Of a DNA stretch of 64,000 bases, positions 51,050 through 64,000 are shown piece by piece. A model generated the notes under the pieces. That model had not been told where the DNA came from and searched no databases. It saw only the letters and a program-made list of their open reading frames with translations. Every line of letters starts with the position of its first letter. Positions within the stretch are counted from its first letter, which is position 1. Source of the stretch: Cenococcum geophilum (taxonomy: Eukaryota); the NCBI GenBank assembly GCA_050273025.1, contig CP158635.1:3534001-3598000 (forward strand), read 5' to 3'. The translations under genes and the position numbers were made by a program.

Positions 51050-53620
51050 TAATTTTAAGCTTTCTGCTATTATATTTTATATATTCGTATTAGGTAGCAA
51101 TTATTTACTTTTATATTATATCCATCTCAAGACAGACAGTTTCCTTAATACAGTTAAATAACAACTCTAAGACCTAGAAGAAATCCACCCAATTCCAAAT
51201 AAGCGAGGCTTATTAGCCACCCCTAAGGAAATCGACCAAAGACTAGAAAGGATCTAGGCAGCGATTAAAAACGGGCTAGAAGAGCACTGCCCGGTCTCAA
51301 AACCGGGCCCCTACGCGCGACACGTATGGTCCGCATAATGCGCGGTTCTTATTGCTAGCTAATAATAAGCAAGAAGGAAATACACAAGCAGCCATAACCC
51401 TAAAGACGAAAGACGATATAAAGACACGAGAAACCAGTTAAAGAATACCCTAAAGAAAGAAGTAAGAAATAACTAGAGATGGGTTATAAATAAGCATACT
51501 TTTAACTTAAGCCTCCCCTATAATAAGGGCCTTTAGGCTATAGCAAAATAGGTAAAGAAAAAGGTAGGGCGCCTAGCAGAAGACCTATACTTACCACCCC
51601 TATAAAGAGTAGGGGAATTATAGGCTACTAATAACAATAATAAGAAGGCAAAGATCCTTATAGAAAGGTTCTTCCCTTAACCGGCTCCGGCAGACCTTAG
51701 CGATATTATAGGTAAAATACTAGTAACTCACCTAAGGGTCAACAGCGATATAATAATAGAGGAAATGGCTAGAACTATTAGCCGCCTTTTAAATAATATA
51801 GTACTAGGACCAGATAGGATTCTAAATAAGGCCTTAAAAACCTATGGACTACTTATAGCACCCTAGCTTACAGATATAGCCAGGGTATACTTTACTATAG
51901 GCTACTACCTATAACTCGGAAGATCTATAACAACAGTTATTCTATAGAAAAAAGGTAAAGCAGATTACTTAATCCCAGGAAGCTACCGCCATATTGCCTT
52001 AGAAAACACCCTTAGCAAGATCTTAGAAAAGGTAATAGCGGACCGTATAGCAGACACGGTTAAGGAATATAACCTACTACTACAAAGCTAAATGGGGGCA
52101 AGAAAGAACCGCTTAACACTATTAGCACTTACGCTACTCGCTACCACCATTAAATCCGTATAGGCGATGCGAAGAGACTTTGTAGTATTAATACTTAGCC
52201 TAGATATTAGCGGCGCCTACGATAATATACCCCACGAGCGTCTTCTATATATCCTTAGGGTAAAAGGCTTCCTAGAATGGATTATATAATTTATTTAAGG
52301 GTTTATAGGTTAAAAAGAAACATTACTAATCTTTAGTAGATACTAGAGCCCCTCTATCGCAGTTATAACAGGAATACTATAAGGATTACCCCTCTCGCCT
52401 ATACTCTTCCTTTTCTTTATAAGTAACCTACTTAACTTCTTTAAGGAAGGGGCAACCTAGGGGATAGGCTTTATTAATAATACAAACCTAATTATATAAG
52501 GGCTAATAGCCGCAGAGAATTATAGAACACTAAAGAAAGCTTATAACACCTATATAGAATAGGTAAGACAATATAAAGTTTAATTCTCACTAGAGAAATA
52601 CCAGCTAATCCACTTTATAAGAAAACGTAACTAATCTATAGATCTCTAGTATATAATTTATATCTAAGGCTTTAGGGGTTAACTAGTTTAGGGCCTAAGG
52701 GTATTAGAAGTATAGGTAGATAGCAAGCTCCGGTAGAGCGTATATATAGCGTAAGCGGCCCATAAGGGCTAAGTATAGTACATTATATTATCTAGGATCG
52801 TTAATTTTATATAGGGTCTATACTTCTAGAGGTTACGCCTACTATATACAGCAGTTGTCCGGCCAACTATAACATATAGGTCTAGTATTTAGGCCATTAG
52901 AGAATCTAAGAAAGGCCCCCCTAAATTACTCCTTAAACCACTCTAAAAGGTCTAAATAGCCTACCTTTAGAGTATAACAGGCGGATATAAGCGAACGGCT
53001 ACAGCACTGCTTAAAAAGGAAGCCAATATTCCCCCCCTATAACTATATATTAAAGCCGCTGCAATATAAAGGGCGTAAAATAAACGTAACTCTAATGTTA
53101 TAAAGTATATTAAGACACGCCTAAATAAACTATAGAGGGACCCTAGGGCGCCCTATAGGAGAATAAACTAATAACCCTAAAGTAGGGAAGACATATTAGA
53201 GAAATAGGTAAAGAAAGTAAAAGAAGAATAGTACTGCTTTAGGGCCTAGGCCTATATAGAGGAGGAAGGGAAACGCGTAAGAGGCCAGTAAAGATAATAG
53301 TAAGAGAGAGAAAGGAGCTAAAGTAAAGCATAAAAGAACGCTAGGAAACTATCTACCGTAATATAACACTAGCTAGACTAACACTAAAGAGGTGTATAAG
53401 AGTTAAAGGTATAAAGGCTAACTAAGGCAAGAGGAACCTAAGCCGTAGCATAGTTAACGCTATAGGAGGTAAACACTCTAGGGCTCTAAGAAGGCCTAAT
53501 AAAGGTAGAAAATATAATAGCAACACTCTTAAGAACAGGAATAATAGGACTAAAAAACTAGCTCTACTAGGTGGGTGTTCTAGTAGGTAGCCTAAGATAC
53601 AAATATAGCTAGCTAAGACA
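51050..53620 (+). mobile_element. LINE (Tad1-like) ORF2 relic: RT domain, 5'-truncated
   Basis: (P)GPD(G)I(P)N.ALK ~51804-51840; SYRHIALENTL.KILEK ~51980-52030; SLDISGAYDN ~52197-52226; GI(P)(Q)G(S)PLSPILFL ~52371-52412; GF.(D)(D)TNL ~52468-52491. Confidence 0.9.
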
Positions 53621-53629
53621 GACACTAAA

Positions 53630-55025
53630 ATACGTAATACTGTTATACCCCTTACGTACTAACTAAGAAGTAATACTCTTAGTAGCTAGTATAGAGAATT
53701 ATAACATACTACTCTTGATATAAAAAGGCCTTAAGGTAGTTACCTAGTAGCTTATTAGCCAAAATATACTAAACCAGTTCTAGGTTGTAAGGGAAATAGT
53801 AATAAAGGGTGGGGGGGGGGGGGGGTGAGCAATGGGCGCCCCCTAATAACTCTACAGTAGTAGAGTAAAGTTTACAATACTAGCGCGTCCGTAGGCTTGT
53901 TACGGCAGCAGTGGTTCCTAAAAAGGTTAAAAAGTAAGGTAGTAGAGCACCACAGGTAACTCGTAGGCGCCTCGTAGGCGCCTTATAGGCGAGTCCTAAA
54001 AGGCAGGGAGATAGATTACGGGGTTTTCTTAAATAAAGTTTTCTCCCCACATGTATATAAGGAGTAGTCCGCGTGGGCCTAATAGGGATCCGAATCGGAC
54101 GTTAAGCAATGAATAATAATAATATATTATGTCCATTTAGCTAAAGTAGGCCGCGAAGGATAGTCTTTATAGAATTCTTTTACTAGGGAAGGCGCGTTGG
54201 TCTTAATCTAGTTATAGGTTTCCTAAGTTTATATTTTATATCTTTCCTATTTAATAAGAAATTTAAATTATTTAGATTATATCTTCTATTATATATCATT
54301 AATTAAGTTAATAAAGTAAGAACTGTTACCGTTATTAATAATTACGGAAGGTAGTAGTAGTACTTTATAAGTTATAGGTTTACCCTTTAAGGGTTATAAT
54401 AAGTTTACATAAAACGTTAAATATATTTTTATCTTAGTTAGTAGTTTAAGTTTATAAGTATATAGGCTTAGTTTCTTCTTAACTTAGTATAGGCCCGTAA
54501 ACTTCCAGTCTAATTTCTTTAAGGGTTATTAAGTCTTTAGGTTTTGTATATTTAGGTAAACTATATTACCTTCCTTAAAGTCCCACGCGAAAGCTCGTTC
54601 TTTGTTCATATACTATTCCTATACTATTTAAGCATACGCTAATTTACTTTATAATAGTTCCATTAACTACTTTATTTAATTAGCGAAGTTATATATGTTA
54701 ATTAGTTAAATCCTCTTAATTATAGGTCCTATTATATTAATTTTAGGTTATAGTTTAAATCTAAGTTAAGGGTCTTATTTATAGGTTACGTAGAACAGCG
54801 TTACGCCTATTAATTTGTTTCTTATATTATTTGCAGTAAACTTAGCTAATGGTAGCTATTTTTCCTAGTCGTCTTATAGGTAGGAGTAGTATATTTATAG
54901 GTATTATTCCATAATTACGTTCGCAATTTTAGTTTAACTATCTATCTCTAAATAAAATATAGTTAAGAGTTATATTTATATACTTAATCGTTTATATAGG
55001 GTTTACTAGAAGTCTAAAATAAACT
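53630..55025. mobile_element. LTR with G-run PPT (53812-54135) and minus-strand Gypsy integrase/chromodomain fragment (54140-55025)
   Basis: Poly-G tract then LTR-like sequence; minus-strand KKLDWKFTG(P)Y ~54488-54520 and integrase core ~54850-55020. Confidence 0.7.
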
Positions 55026-58000
55026 AGTATAACGGAATTCCCTCGAAGGTATATATCAGATAAGACAGAAGGAGGTCTTATCTATATTCCATCTATGTCC
55101 TAGAAGATACGGTTAGACAGATAAGGGGTAAAGGGTTTAGCTAGCGTCTTAGAAGGATTATATAGGGAGCTGGTTCTCCTCTAGAGAAGGACTAGCAATT
55201 AGTCTCTAAATAGAAGAGGTTAGAAAGCATTTATCCTTTATATATAAAGATTGTTTTACCTTAACTTATCTTCTACTTACCTATAACTCGTATTCTACAC
55301 TATTAATTAGATAATTATACGTTCCGGTTAAACTGGCCTCTTATAATTCTAATCGCTCTTAATCCTTTACGGAAGGAACGTACGGCTATTAATTAACGAT
55401 AACGGGCCATACCTCCTTACCCCCCGAAACGACGCCCCTACCGTAAGAGGCTTAAAGAGTCTCCCTAGAGGAGCGCATTCCCTCTTCCTACGAAGAAGCC
55501 ACGGCTGGTCTGTCTAACCTTGCGAGACCTTTAGGAACGATTACCGCTAGGGAGTTATTAGAGCGGTCGCTATATAAGACCCTATAAAAAACAAAGGAGT
55601 TAGAGATATAATTAAGATAAGTATATTAAGACTACTAAGAACAATTATAAGGATAATTAGGGGAAGTATAGATACCCTAGACATAAAGCGGACTTAAAGG
55701 GGTAACGCTATACTACGCTATAACGTTAGAAAAACCTAAATTACGTATAAAGGAACCTAATAAGTACTATAGTAATAGTCTTCGGAACTGCAATCGTTTT
55801 ATCCGTTAATGCAAAACTAAGTTTTAGCTAAATCCGAAACGTTACTCTAACAAGTATAATTAGACACTAATTGCTTCTACCTTCCTACGTAGCACTGTCG
55901 AGAGTTTATAGATACGCTATAAGAAGAAACTTACTACACCCCTTAAATTTAACGAACTTAAGTCCTAGTTAGTTAATTAGGTCTAAGACCCTACTAATTA
56001 AGGGATGGATTATAACCAGCGATACTATAACACTAAATAGTAAGAAGGCCAGAGTATAGTCCAGTTTATAAACTACTTAGAAGAATTAGAAGATAATATA
56101 CCCTACTTAGACCTATGGGATAATACTATATAACTTTACCAGTTACTTGCCAAGTTACGACCTAAGATTTAACAGGCTATATAGGAGAAGGGCGAAATTC
56201 CTACCTTTTGAGAAAAGCTTATCTCTAAAGCTACTCGGATTAAGAATACTAAAAGAGACTATCCGGGCAAGCGAAAGGAACGAGATACCAATAATAAAGA
56301 GCGTAGGACTAGACCTAGCTTTAATAATAGGGGTAGATCCCGACCTAACTACTCTACGGAAGAACAACGCGAGTAGGCTTTAAAGCCCTAGAGCAATACT
56401 AGTTAGCCCTAGAATAACAATAGGCAAAAACCTAATCTATATAAGTGGAACTAAGAGTTACGCGTTTATTATAACTACAGTAAGAAGGGCTATATAAGGC
56501 GCTTCTGCTAGTAGAAGAAATAAGAGTCGGATTAATTGGAAAAAGAGAGAGCTTAGTAGATCTTTACTCCCTTATACTGGGCCAGTAAGAGAAGGAGGAA
56601 GTAAGCTACCGCATGGTTATTCCTATCTCTATTTAAGTTAATAACAAATAGGTAACGTAAGACTACCTTATAGAGAGCGGCGCGACTATAGGGTTCATTT
56701 CTTAATTACCAGTAAAAGAATTGGATTTGGACCTTAGTGGCTCGCAGGTGCGCACTGTTTAAAGTATTAGAGGCCACCGGATTCCATACTACAGGGAACA
56801 GGCTTTTTCCGTGGCTAGCTAGGACCGCGATAGTCTATAAAATACGCAGGAGATACGCTTCTGTATAACCTATTAGAAAATAAGCTGGCGGTACTACGTT
56901 AATATATAGTAGACAACCTTTAGAGAGGATAGATTTAGCCCTCTATAAGCCTGGCAGGGGCACCAATTATATTTATACCCAAGAAGGACAAAACCTTTTA
57001 CCTCTATGTCGACTATTGGGCGCTAAACAAGATTACTATAAAGAATTGCTACCTATTACCCTTAATAGGGGAGCTTATTAACAGGCTGTTGGGCGTAAAG
57101 ATATTTATGAAATTAGATCTAAAAGATATATACCATTAAATCTGGATTAAAGCCAGCGATAAGTGGAAAACGGCGTTTTAAATATAGTACGGCCACTTTA
57201 AGTACCTAGTAATGCCATTTAGGCTTACCAACGCACTAGTGATATTTTAGGCCTATATTAATAAGGTATTATTAGGCCTATTAGACACAATATATATGGT
57301 CTACTTTAATAACATTATAGTCTACTCTAATAACTACGAAGCATATACGCACCACGTATAAATAGTACTAGAAAGACTATAGGAATATAAGCTCTATATA
57401 AACCTAAAAAAGTGCACGTTCTATACTACTAGCATTAATTTTCTAGGCTTTATTGTTAGCGTTAACGGAGTATTAATAGAGAAAAGTCGGGTGGACGCTA
57501 TTAGGGAATGGCCCTACCCTACGATATTTAGAGAGGTGTAGGTTTTCTTAGGCACGGCAAACTTCTACTAAACGTTTATTATTTACTATTTATAAGTAAT
57601 ACTCCCAATTACCGATCTACTAAAAGGATCTAAGAATAGTAAGAAGTTAGAACCCTTTATATTTAGGGAAGCTGCTAAGCAGGCTATAGACCGGTTAAAG
57701 GATTTATTTACGTTAGCGCCTATCCTAATACACTTCTGCTAGGAGCTATATATATACCTTAAAACAAATATATCCGGCTTTACCCTAGGGGTAATTATAT
57801 CTTAATTAAAAGACGGAGAATAGTATCCTGTGGCGTTTTAATTAAGGAAAATAACCCTTATAAAATAGCGTTATATAACGTATAACTAGGAGTTACTTGT
57901 AATAGTTATAGTAATAAAGTACTGGCGACATTATTATATAGGAAGCAATTACCCTATTAAAGTCCTTACAGACTATAACAACCTAGAATACTTTATAACT

Positions 58001-60116
58001 ATAAAGGTGTTAAGTGGTTAACAAGCCAGATAGGCAGAGGCACTATTATAGTATAACTTTAAAATTATGTACCACCTAGGAAAGATAAATCCCGCTAATA
58101 GGTTATTAAGACGTCCGGATTACAAGATAGGAAGAATCTAGAACAGTATAGGGGAAATAATCCCTACATTGCAAAATTTGCTTAGGAAGAAAAAAGACTC
58201 TTTCCCTAAAACTATAGAATTTTATAGTAGGGCAGAGGTCCTGGCGATATAGCTATAAAGCGCTATAATTATAGAGCCGTAGGATATAGTTATGGACTAG
58301 GTTATAGGCCAGGCAGATATTATAAAGTTAGCGTACCCTAGAATTAGTAAGAATTCTATAGAAAGTATTAGGGGTGTTACAGCACCTTTAACTTAACGGT
58401 ATATTAGCTGCAAGTATCCGGATCTAAAGGGGATAGGCAAGATACCTATCCGCAGCGTGGTATACTGTATAACGGTAGGAGAATCTACTAGCACTAATGG
58501 TTTAAAACGTCTTATACCACGCCTTATATCCATAATAGTGGTAGGTGAAATAGAAGTAAGTAATTTATACAAAACCTTTTTAGATCTTCTTCTTTAAGTA
58601 TAATAGAGGGACGCCTTTATTTCTGGGGAGAGGTGGAAGAATATAGTAGAGACCGACTTGGCCGGAGTTACTAAGAAGCTATAGTAACAAGACTAAAAGG
58701 GTCTATTACGCTTTAAGGGTGCTATATATATCCCAAAGGACTAAGCAGTTTAAGACGAAATTTTAAAGGTCTTCTATAACGACCCTTTTAGGGGTTACTA
58801 CGGTGCTAATAGAACCCTTAAGGCCGTTTAAAGGAAATACTTTTAGGATGGAATATCTAAGGAGGTTAAGGACTATATATTAAGATGTAATACGTGCCAA
58901 AGGGTACAGATATTTAGACATCGCCTATATAGTGAGTTATTAGTGCTTCCTATTCTATAGGGACCTATATTAGAATTAACAATAGATTTTATAATAGGCT
59001 TACCCCCTACTAAAATAAGAACGGGAGAGGTTACTAATGCTATCCTAGTAATCGTTGATAGATATACAAAGTTCTTAGGGTACTTTACTATTATAATAAC
59101 GATTACAGCAGCAGAACTAGTAGACCTATTTTTAAAACGGTAGCTCTTATTTAGCACGCTAAGGGGAATTATATCTAACAGAGGTACCGTATTTAACAGC
59201 GTATTTTAGTCTTTATTCTATCTCTTATTAAAAATACAGTAAAGGATAAGCACCACCTTTTACCTATAAACAGATAGGTTAACGGAGCGTCTAAATATGT
59301 TATTAGAACACTACCTCCACTACTATATTAATTATTAACAGGATAATTAGACATTGTGGTTAGCTTTGGCGTAATATATATATAATATAAGTATTTATAG
59401 TAGTATAAAAATGACCCCTTATAAAGCATTATTTGGGGTAAAAGTAAATAACCCCTAGAACGTTAAGGACATTATTCCTAAAAGGGAGGCACTAGTAGTG
59501 TCTAAGAGAATTAAGCAAATAAGAATTCGTAGAAAAGAACTTAAAAAGCACTTATTAGACGCCTAGGCTGTGCAAAAAAGATACTATAACGAAAAATATA
59601 TACTAAAAGAATTTAAGATAGGAGACGAAGTCTTACTATTTATAAAAAATATCCAAATAAAACGTATTAAGAAGAAGCTAGATTACTAGTAGCTCGGACC
59701 CTTTAAGATAGTTAGGAAAACTAAAGGAAATTAAGCCTATAAATTAGAATTACTGAAATTATATTTAATACATCCTATATTTTATGTTTTCTTACTAAAG
59801 CTATACCGGAGAAGAGACGGTGCGGAATTACTACCCCCTAGCAAATTAATGGGGAACTAGAATGGAATATAGAAGACATTTTAGACTAAAGATAGTGCTA
59901 GAAGAAGCGCGAATTTTTAATCCGTTAGGAAGAATACTCTTAGGCGCATAATAGTTAGGAACCTAAGAAATACCTTTAGCCGGGATATAATACGGCAATT
60001 AAAACATTTCTAAGGACTAAAGGTAAAGATTTAGTAATGGTTCCGGATATACTATAGATAAGATAATGGGGAAAACCCCATAAATCGAAACCATAAGGTT
60101 AAATATAGGTATTAAG
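55026..60116 (+). mobile_element. Gypsy chromovirus (5' LTR, gag, PR, RT, RNase H, integrase, chromodomain), 3' end truncated
   Basis: CCHC knuckle ~56465-56510; protease LI.SGA ~56666-56685; RT KTAF...YGHF.YLVMPF.LTNA and VYF(D)(D)IIV 57165-57320; RNase H T(D).SG and TD(H)NNL; integrase DFI.GLP ~58985; chromodomain ~59860-59970. Confidence 0.9.
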
Positions 60117-63100
60117 TGTTACGGGACACCCCTGTGACACCTTACACACGTCCACCTGTTTCCACCAACTTAGCAATTAGAGACTAACCGCGAAATAGCA
60201 ATCTAATAGCAATCTGATGGCAATCTAACGGCAATCTACGGCATTCTGCTATATTCTGCCAAGTTCTACCAAATTCTACTAAGTTCTGCCAGGACCACGA
60301 CCTAAACCCTATTCTGCCTATATATATATTAACTAAGTAACTAAGTCAACAATATATACCCTTTCTTCCTATTCTCCTACCTTCTTTCCTTATATAACGT
60401 CTTAACCTCCTTACACAGTTTATATATATAGCTTAATAATATCTACCTTACTATATATTATCGTCGCTTATACTCACTCCGTAATACTACGTTGCGTTAA
60501 CTACCTATACTACCGTCGACATGCAGAATAAACCTAAAGCCCCTATAACGGCCGCCGGCATCATATTTACACTCTAAAAATAATTAGTAGGGATATAGAA
60601 GTCTTTTATAGACGCCCTTAAACAGAACTAAGCTACTTTAAATTAATAATAAGCCGAATAAGAAGCATAATACTAGCAATTAATTAAGAACCTCTAAGAA
60701 GAAGTCCGCGCCCTTAAAATACCTACACTAGGACCTTAAGACTAAACGCCATCTCTAAAGATAAACACGCGGAATACGAGCCCTAAACCCACAGTAGCTA
60801 CTTACCTTAAGCCGACTACTATACCAAAACGATCTAAATAACTACTAGACCCCCTAGTATTTACTAGTAAATAATAAAAGCTCCAATTATTTCTAAGCTA
60901 GCTTAAAAATAAGTTAACTAGTAATATTAACCGTTACCTAACTAAAGCTAACCAACTCTATTATGCCCTAAGTCGACTAAGAGGAGATATAGCTAACTTT
61001 ATTAAACCGCTTTAGCCAAACTTAGTATAAAGCCTAGTTGTACTTCTTAAAGCTATATATAGTAACCCAAACCGCTAAGCTACTGCTTAAAGAAAGATAA
61101 ACTATATAACTTAAGGAACGAAAAGTTTCCTAGTATACTTTTCCGAATTTAACTGTTACGTAAAAGAAATAGGCTAGAATAACTCCGCACTAATTAATAG
61201 CCTTATTAAATTACTAAGCCCTAAACTAAAAACCTCCCTAATAGGCGTAGACCTACTGGGAGCCCTTAATGCCTATGTAAACGTCATTAATAAACAATAT
61301 AATAATATACTACGCCTAACACCGAAGCCCGCTCTATAATATAATATGGTAACCCCGCGAATATTTACTAAGTTATTATCTTAGCCTAAGCACCCTAACG
61401 CTATAGATATTAACACTAGGACCCTAGGGTACGCCCTACTAGGGTTCTTTAAATAAGAACGACGCATTAAGCTAGGCCTCTGCTTTAAATATAGAAGTAG
61501 CTCCCACCTTTCCAACTACTACTCTGTCCCTATGCCTAAATATAAATTACAAACAGCTAATACTAGCAGCCGTTTACCGCATTAATCTTTTAGTTACCGT
61601 CCCTAATCTCTACCTAGTTCTAGCCCTGCATCTAATAAGTACTATTTATAAGGACGAAGCTACAGCCAACGTCCTATAAGAACCCCACCTTAATTGCCTC
61701 TAAAAGGAAGGTTTTAGAGCTAAGTCGCTCTCTAGGACGGCTCTGCTATAAGATCTTATTAAACGTATTTAACGTCACGAACTCCGACTCTTGGGACCGT
61801 AGTATAACTATTAACTGCTATCTTTGGCAGAATAGTTAATAGGCTAACGCTTAAATCCTAATTAACATAGGAGCTAGCGGCATAGGATTTATTAATAAGA
61901 TCTTTATATAAGATAATAGTTTTACCCTAACCCCCCTTAACCGGCATATTAACGTATTTAAATTTAATAGTAAACGCACTGTCTTAGGCCGTATTACCTA
62001 CGTAGTATTCCTAAGACTCTAATACCTAAACCACAAAGAATTAATTAAACTTTTTATTACCACCTTAAGTCACTTGGTAATCCTTAAATAACCCTAAATA
62101 AAGCTATATAAGGTAACTATTAATTAGGACAACCTTAAGCTTCTATTTACCGCCTTTTGTTATAAGTAGAAGTGCCTTATAACTCGCTGCTTAGACCTAG
62201 AACTAAAATCTAAAATTTCCACAACTGTCCACCCTATACCCGAGGAATCCACCAGATTCCACCAACCTAGGAATTTTATTAAATTCCACCAACAATCCAA
62301 AAACTCCACTGAATTTTATAAGTTATTACTAAGCACTGTACCGCCCCGAGCTAAGCAAAAGCTTAAGCTCTATATACGAAAATACTAGAAGAACTAGTAT
62401 TCCACTATAAAAAGGATTCTTAAAGAACCCGAACCCGAATTTAATACTAATTCTATACCTAATACCGAACCTAAACCTAAATAAGAAACTATAGACAATC
62501 TAAGCGAGCTTAGCACCCTAGATATCCGCATAATTGGAGCTACCCCGCTAGCGCAACTTGCTAAGAAACCCGAGTATACGATCTTCGCTATTATAATAGC
62601 CGATATTAAGAAGGCCTTAGCACTAAAGAAGCATACTAACCCTACCACAAAGGTACTAATAGAGTATTATTATTGCCTAGATGTATTTTTATAAAGGGAA
62701 GCCGATAAGCTACTAGAACACCAATTATACGACTATAAGATTATACTTAAAGAAGGAAAGCAGCCTAGATTTGGACCCTTATACGGGATATCCTAAAATA
62801 AACTTTAAGTGCTATAAAAGTATTTAGACGAGAACCTAAGCAAAGGATTTATTAGAGCAAGCTCGTTGCCTATAGCCGTACTAGTAATCTTTATTAAGAA
62901 ACCTAGCGGCGGCCTACGCTTCTATATAGACTACCGAGCTCTTAATACCGTTACCGTTAAGAACTAATATCCGATCCCGTTAATATAAGAAACGCTAAAC
63001 CAACTAAGTAAGGCTTATTACTACACAAAGCTCAATATCATCTCTATATTTAACCGTCTCCGCATTATAAAAGGGGACAAATAGTTTACCACATTTCGTA

Positions 63101-64000
63101 CCTAATATAGACTATTTAAGTACTTAGTAACACCCTTCGGCCTTATAAACGCTCTAAGCTCGTTTTAATATTATATAAATAACACCCTACGCCCCTACCT
63201 AGACATCTTCTATACTGCTTATATTAACGACATCCTAATATATAGTAATAACCTAACCGAATATTGGAAATACGTTAACCTTGTCCTCTAAGCCCTATAC
63301 GGAGCTAGTCTATAATTAGATATAGATAAATATAAGTTTTATAAAACGGAAGTCCTATACCTTAAACTTCTTATTTTTATAAACGGTATATAAATAAACC
63401 TAAAGAAAATCGAAGTAATTGTAAACTGGTAAGAACCTGAGAACGTTAAGGACGTAAAAGCCTTTATAGGATTCGCTAATTTCTACTAACGGTTTATTAA
63501 TAACTTCTCCGCCCTGGCTTTACCCCTTATAGCTTTAACCCAAAAGGATAAAGTCTTTATCTTTAATAAGGAATATAAGAAGGCCTTTACCTATCTAAAG
63601 GTCATGTTTACTACTGCGCCTATACTCTAACACTTTAACCTAAACTGAATAAGTGTTATAGAAGCCAACTTATCTAACTACGTTACTAAAGGCATCCTAT
63701 CTTAATATAATAAGGATAGAGTATTGTACCCTATAGTATACTTCTTAAAATAACTAAGCCTAGCCGAATATAACTATAAGATCTACGATAAGGAATTATT
63801 AGCTATTATTAGATGTTTTAAATAATGGCGACCTAAACTAGAAGGCACTAGATTTCCGATTAAGGTTCTTAGCAACTATAAGAACCTATAATACTTTATA
63901 ACCATAAAACAGCTAAGTTATTATTAGGCCCACTAGTTAGAATATCTATCTTGTTTCTAATTCTTAATTATATACCGCCTAGGCGTCTAAGGTTAGAAGC
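60117..64000 (+). mobile_element. Gypsy retrotransposon: 5' LTR 60117-60486, gag, protease, RT, RNase H; continues beyond the window
   Basis: TGTTACGG...CCGTAA(T/C)A LTR; gag with CCHC ~61481-61520; protease LI(D).GASG ~61858-61880; RT GLRF..DYRALN and AYI(D)DILIYS 62910-63246; RNase H EA(D)(S)S(D)Y and Y.IYDKELLAII. Confidence 0.9.

Overview
Fungal (filamentous ascomycete-type) AT-rich, repeat-dense region. Nearly all of it is nested transposable elements heavily mutated by repeat-induced point mutation (RIP): CAA/CAG/TGG codons have become TAA/TAG, TpA is in excess, and there are almost no long ORFs. Protein motifs quoted for RIP-damaged genes are my manual C>T/G>A back-reconstructions, not database hits. 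One GC-balanced island (~32.3-34.55 kb) holds the only apparently intact gene: a two-exon, ~114-aa secreted protein with 12 Cys (effector/antimicrobial-like), with a perfect 81-bp-arm hairpin element in its promoter. The most notable structure is a giant (>19 kb, left end outside the window) Plavaka/CACTA-like DNA transposon at 1018-20012. Besides its transposase it carries a SNF2-family ATPase, a zinc-knuckle Upf1-like SF1 helicase with C-terminal GW motifs, and further ORFs. A 1.77-kb non-autonomous relative with the same 24-bp TIR and a 2-bp TSD sits at 28895-30661. The rest consists of Gypsy, Copia, LINE (Tad1-like), Tc1/mariner, Fot1/pogo and hAT elements and MITEs.
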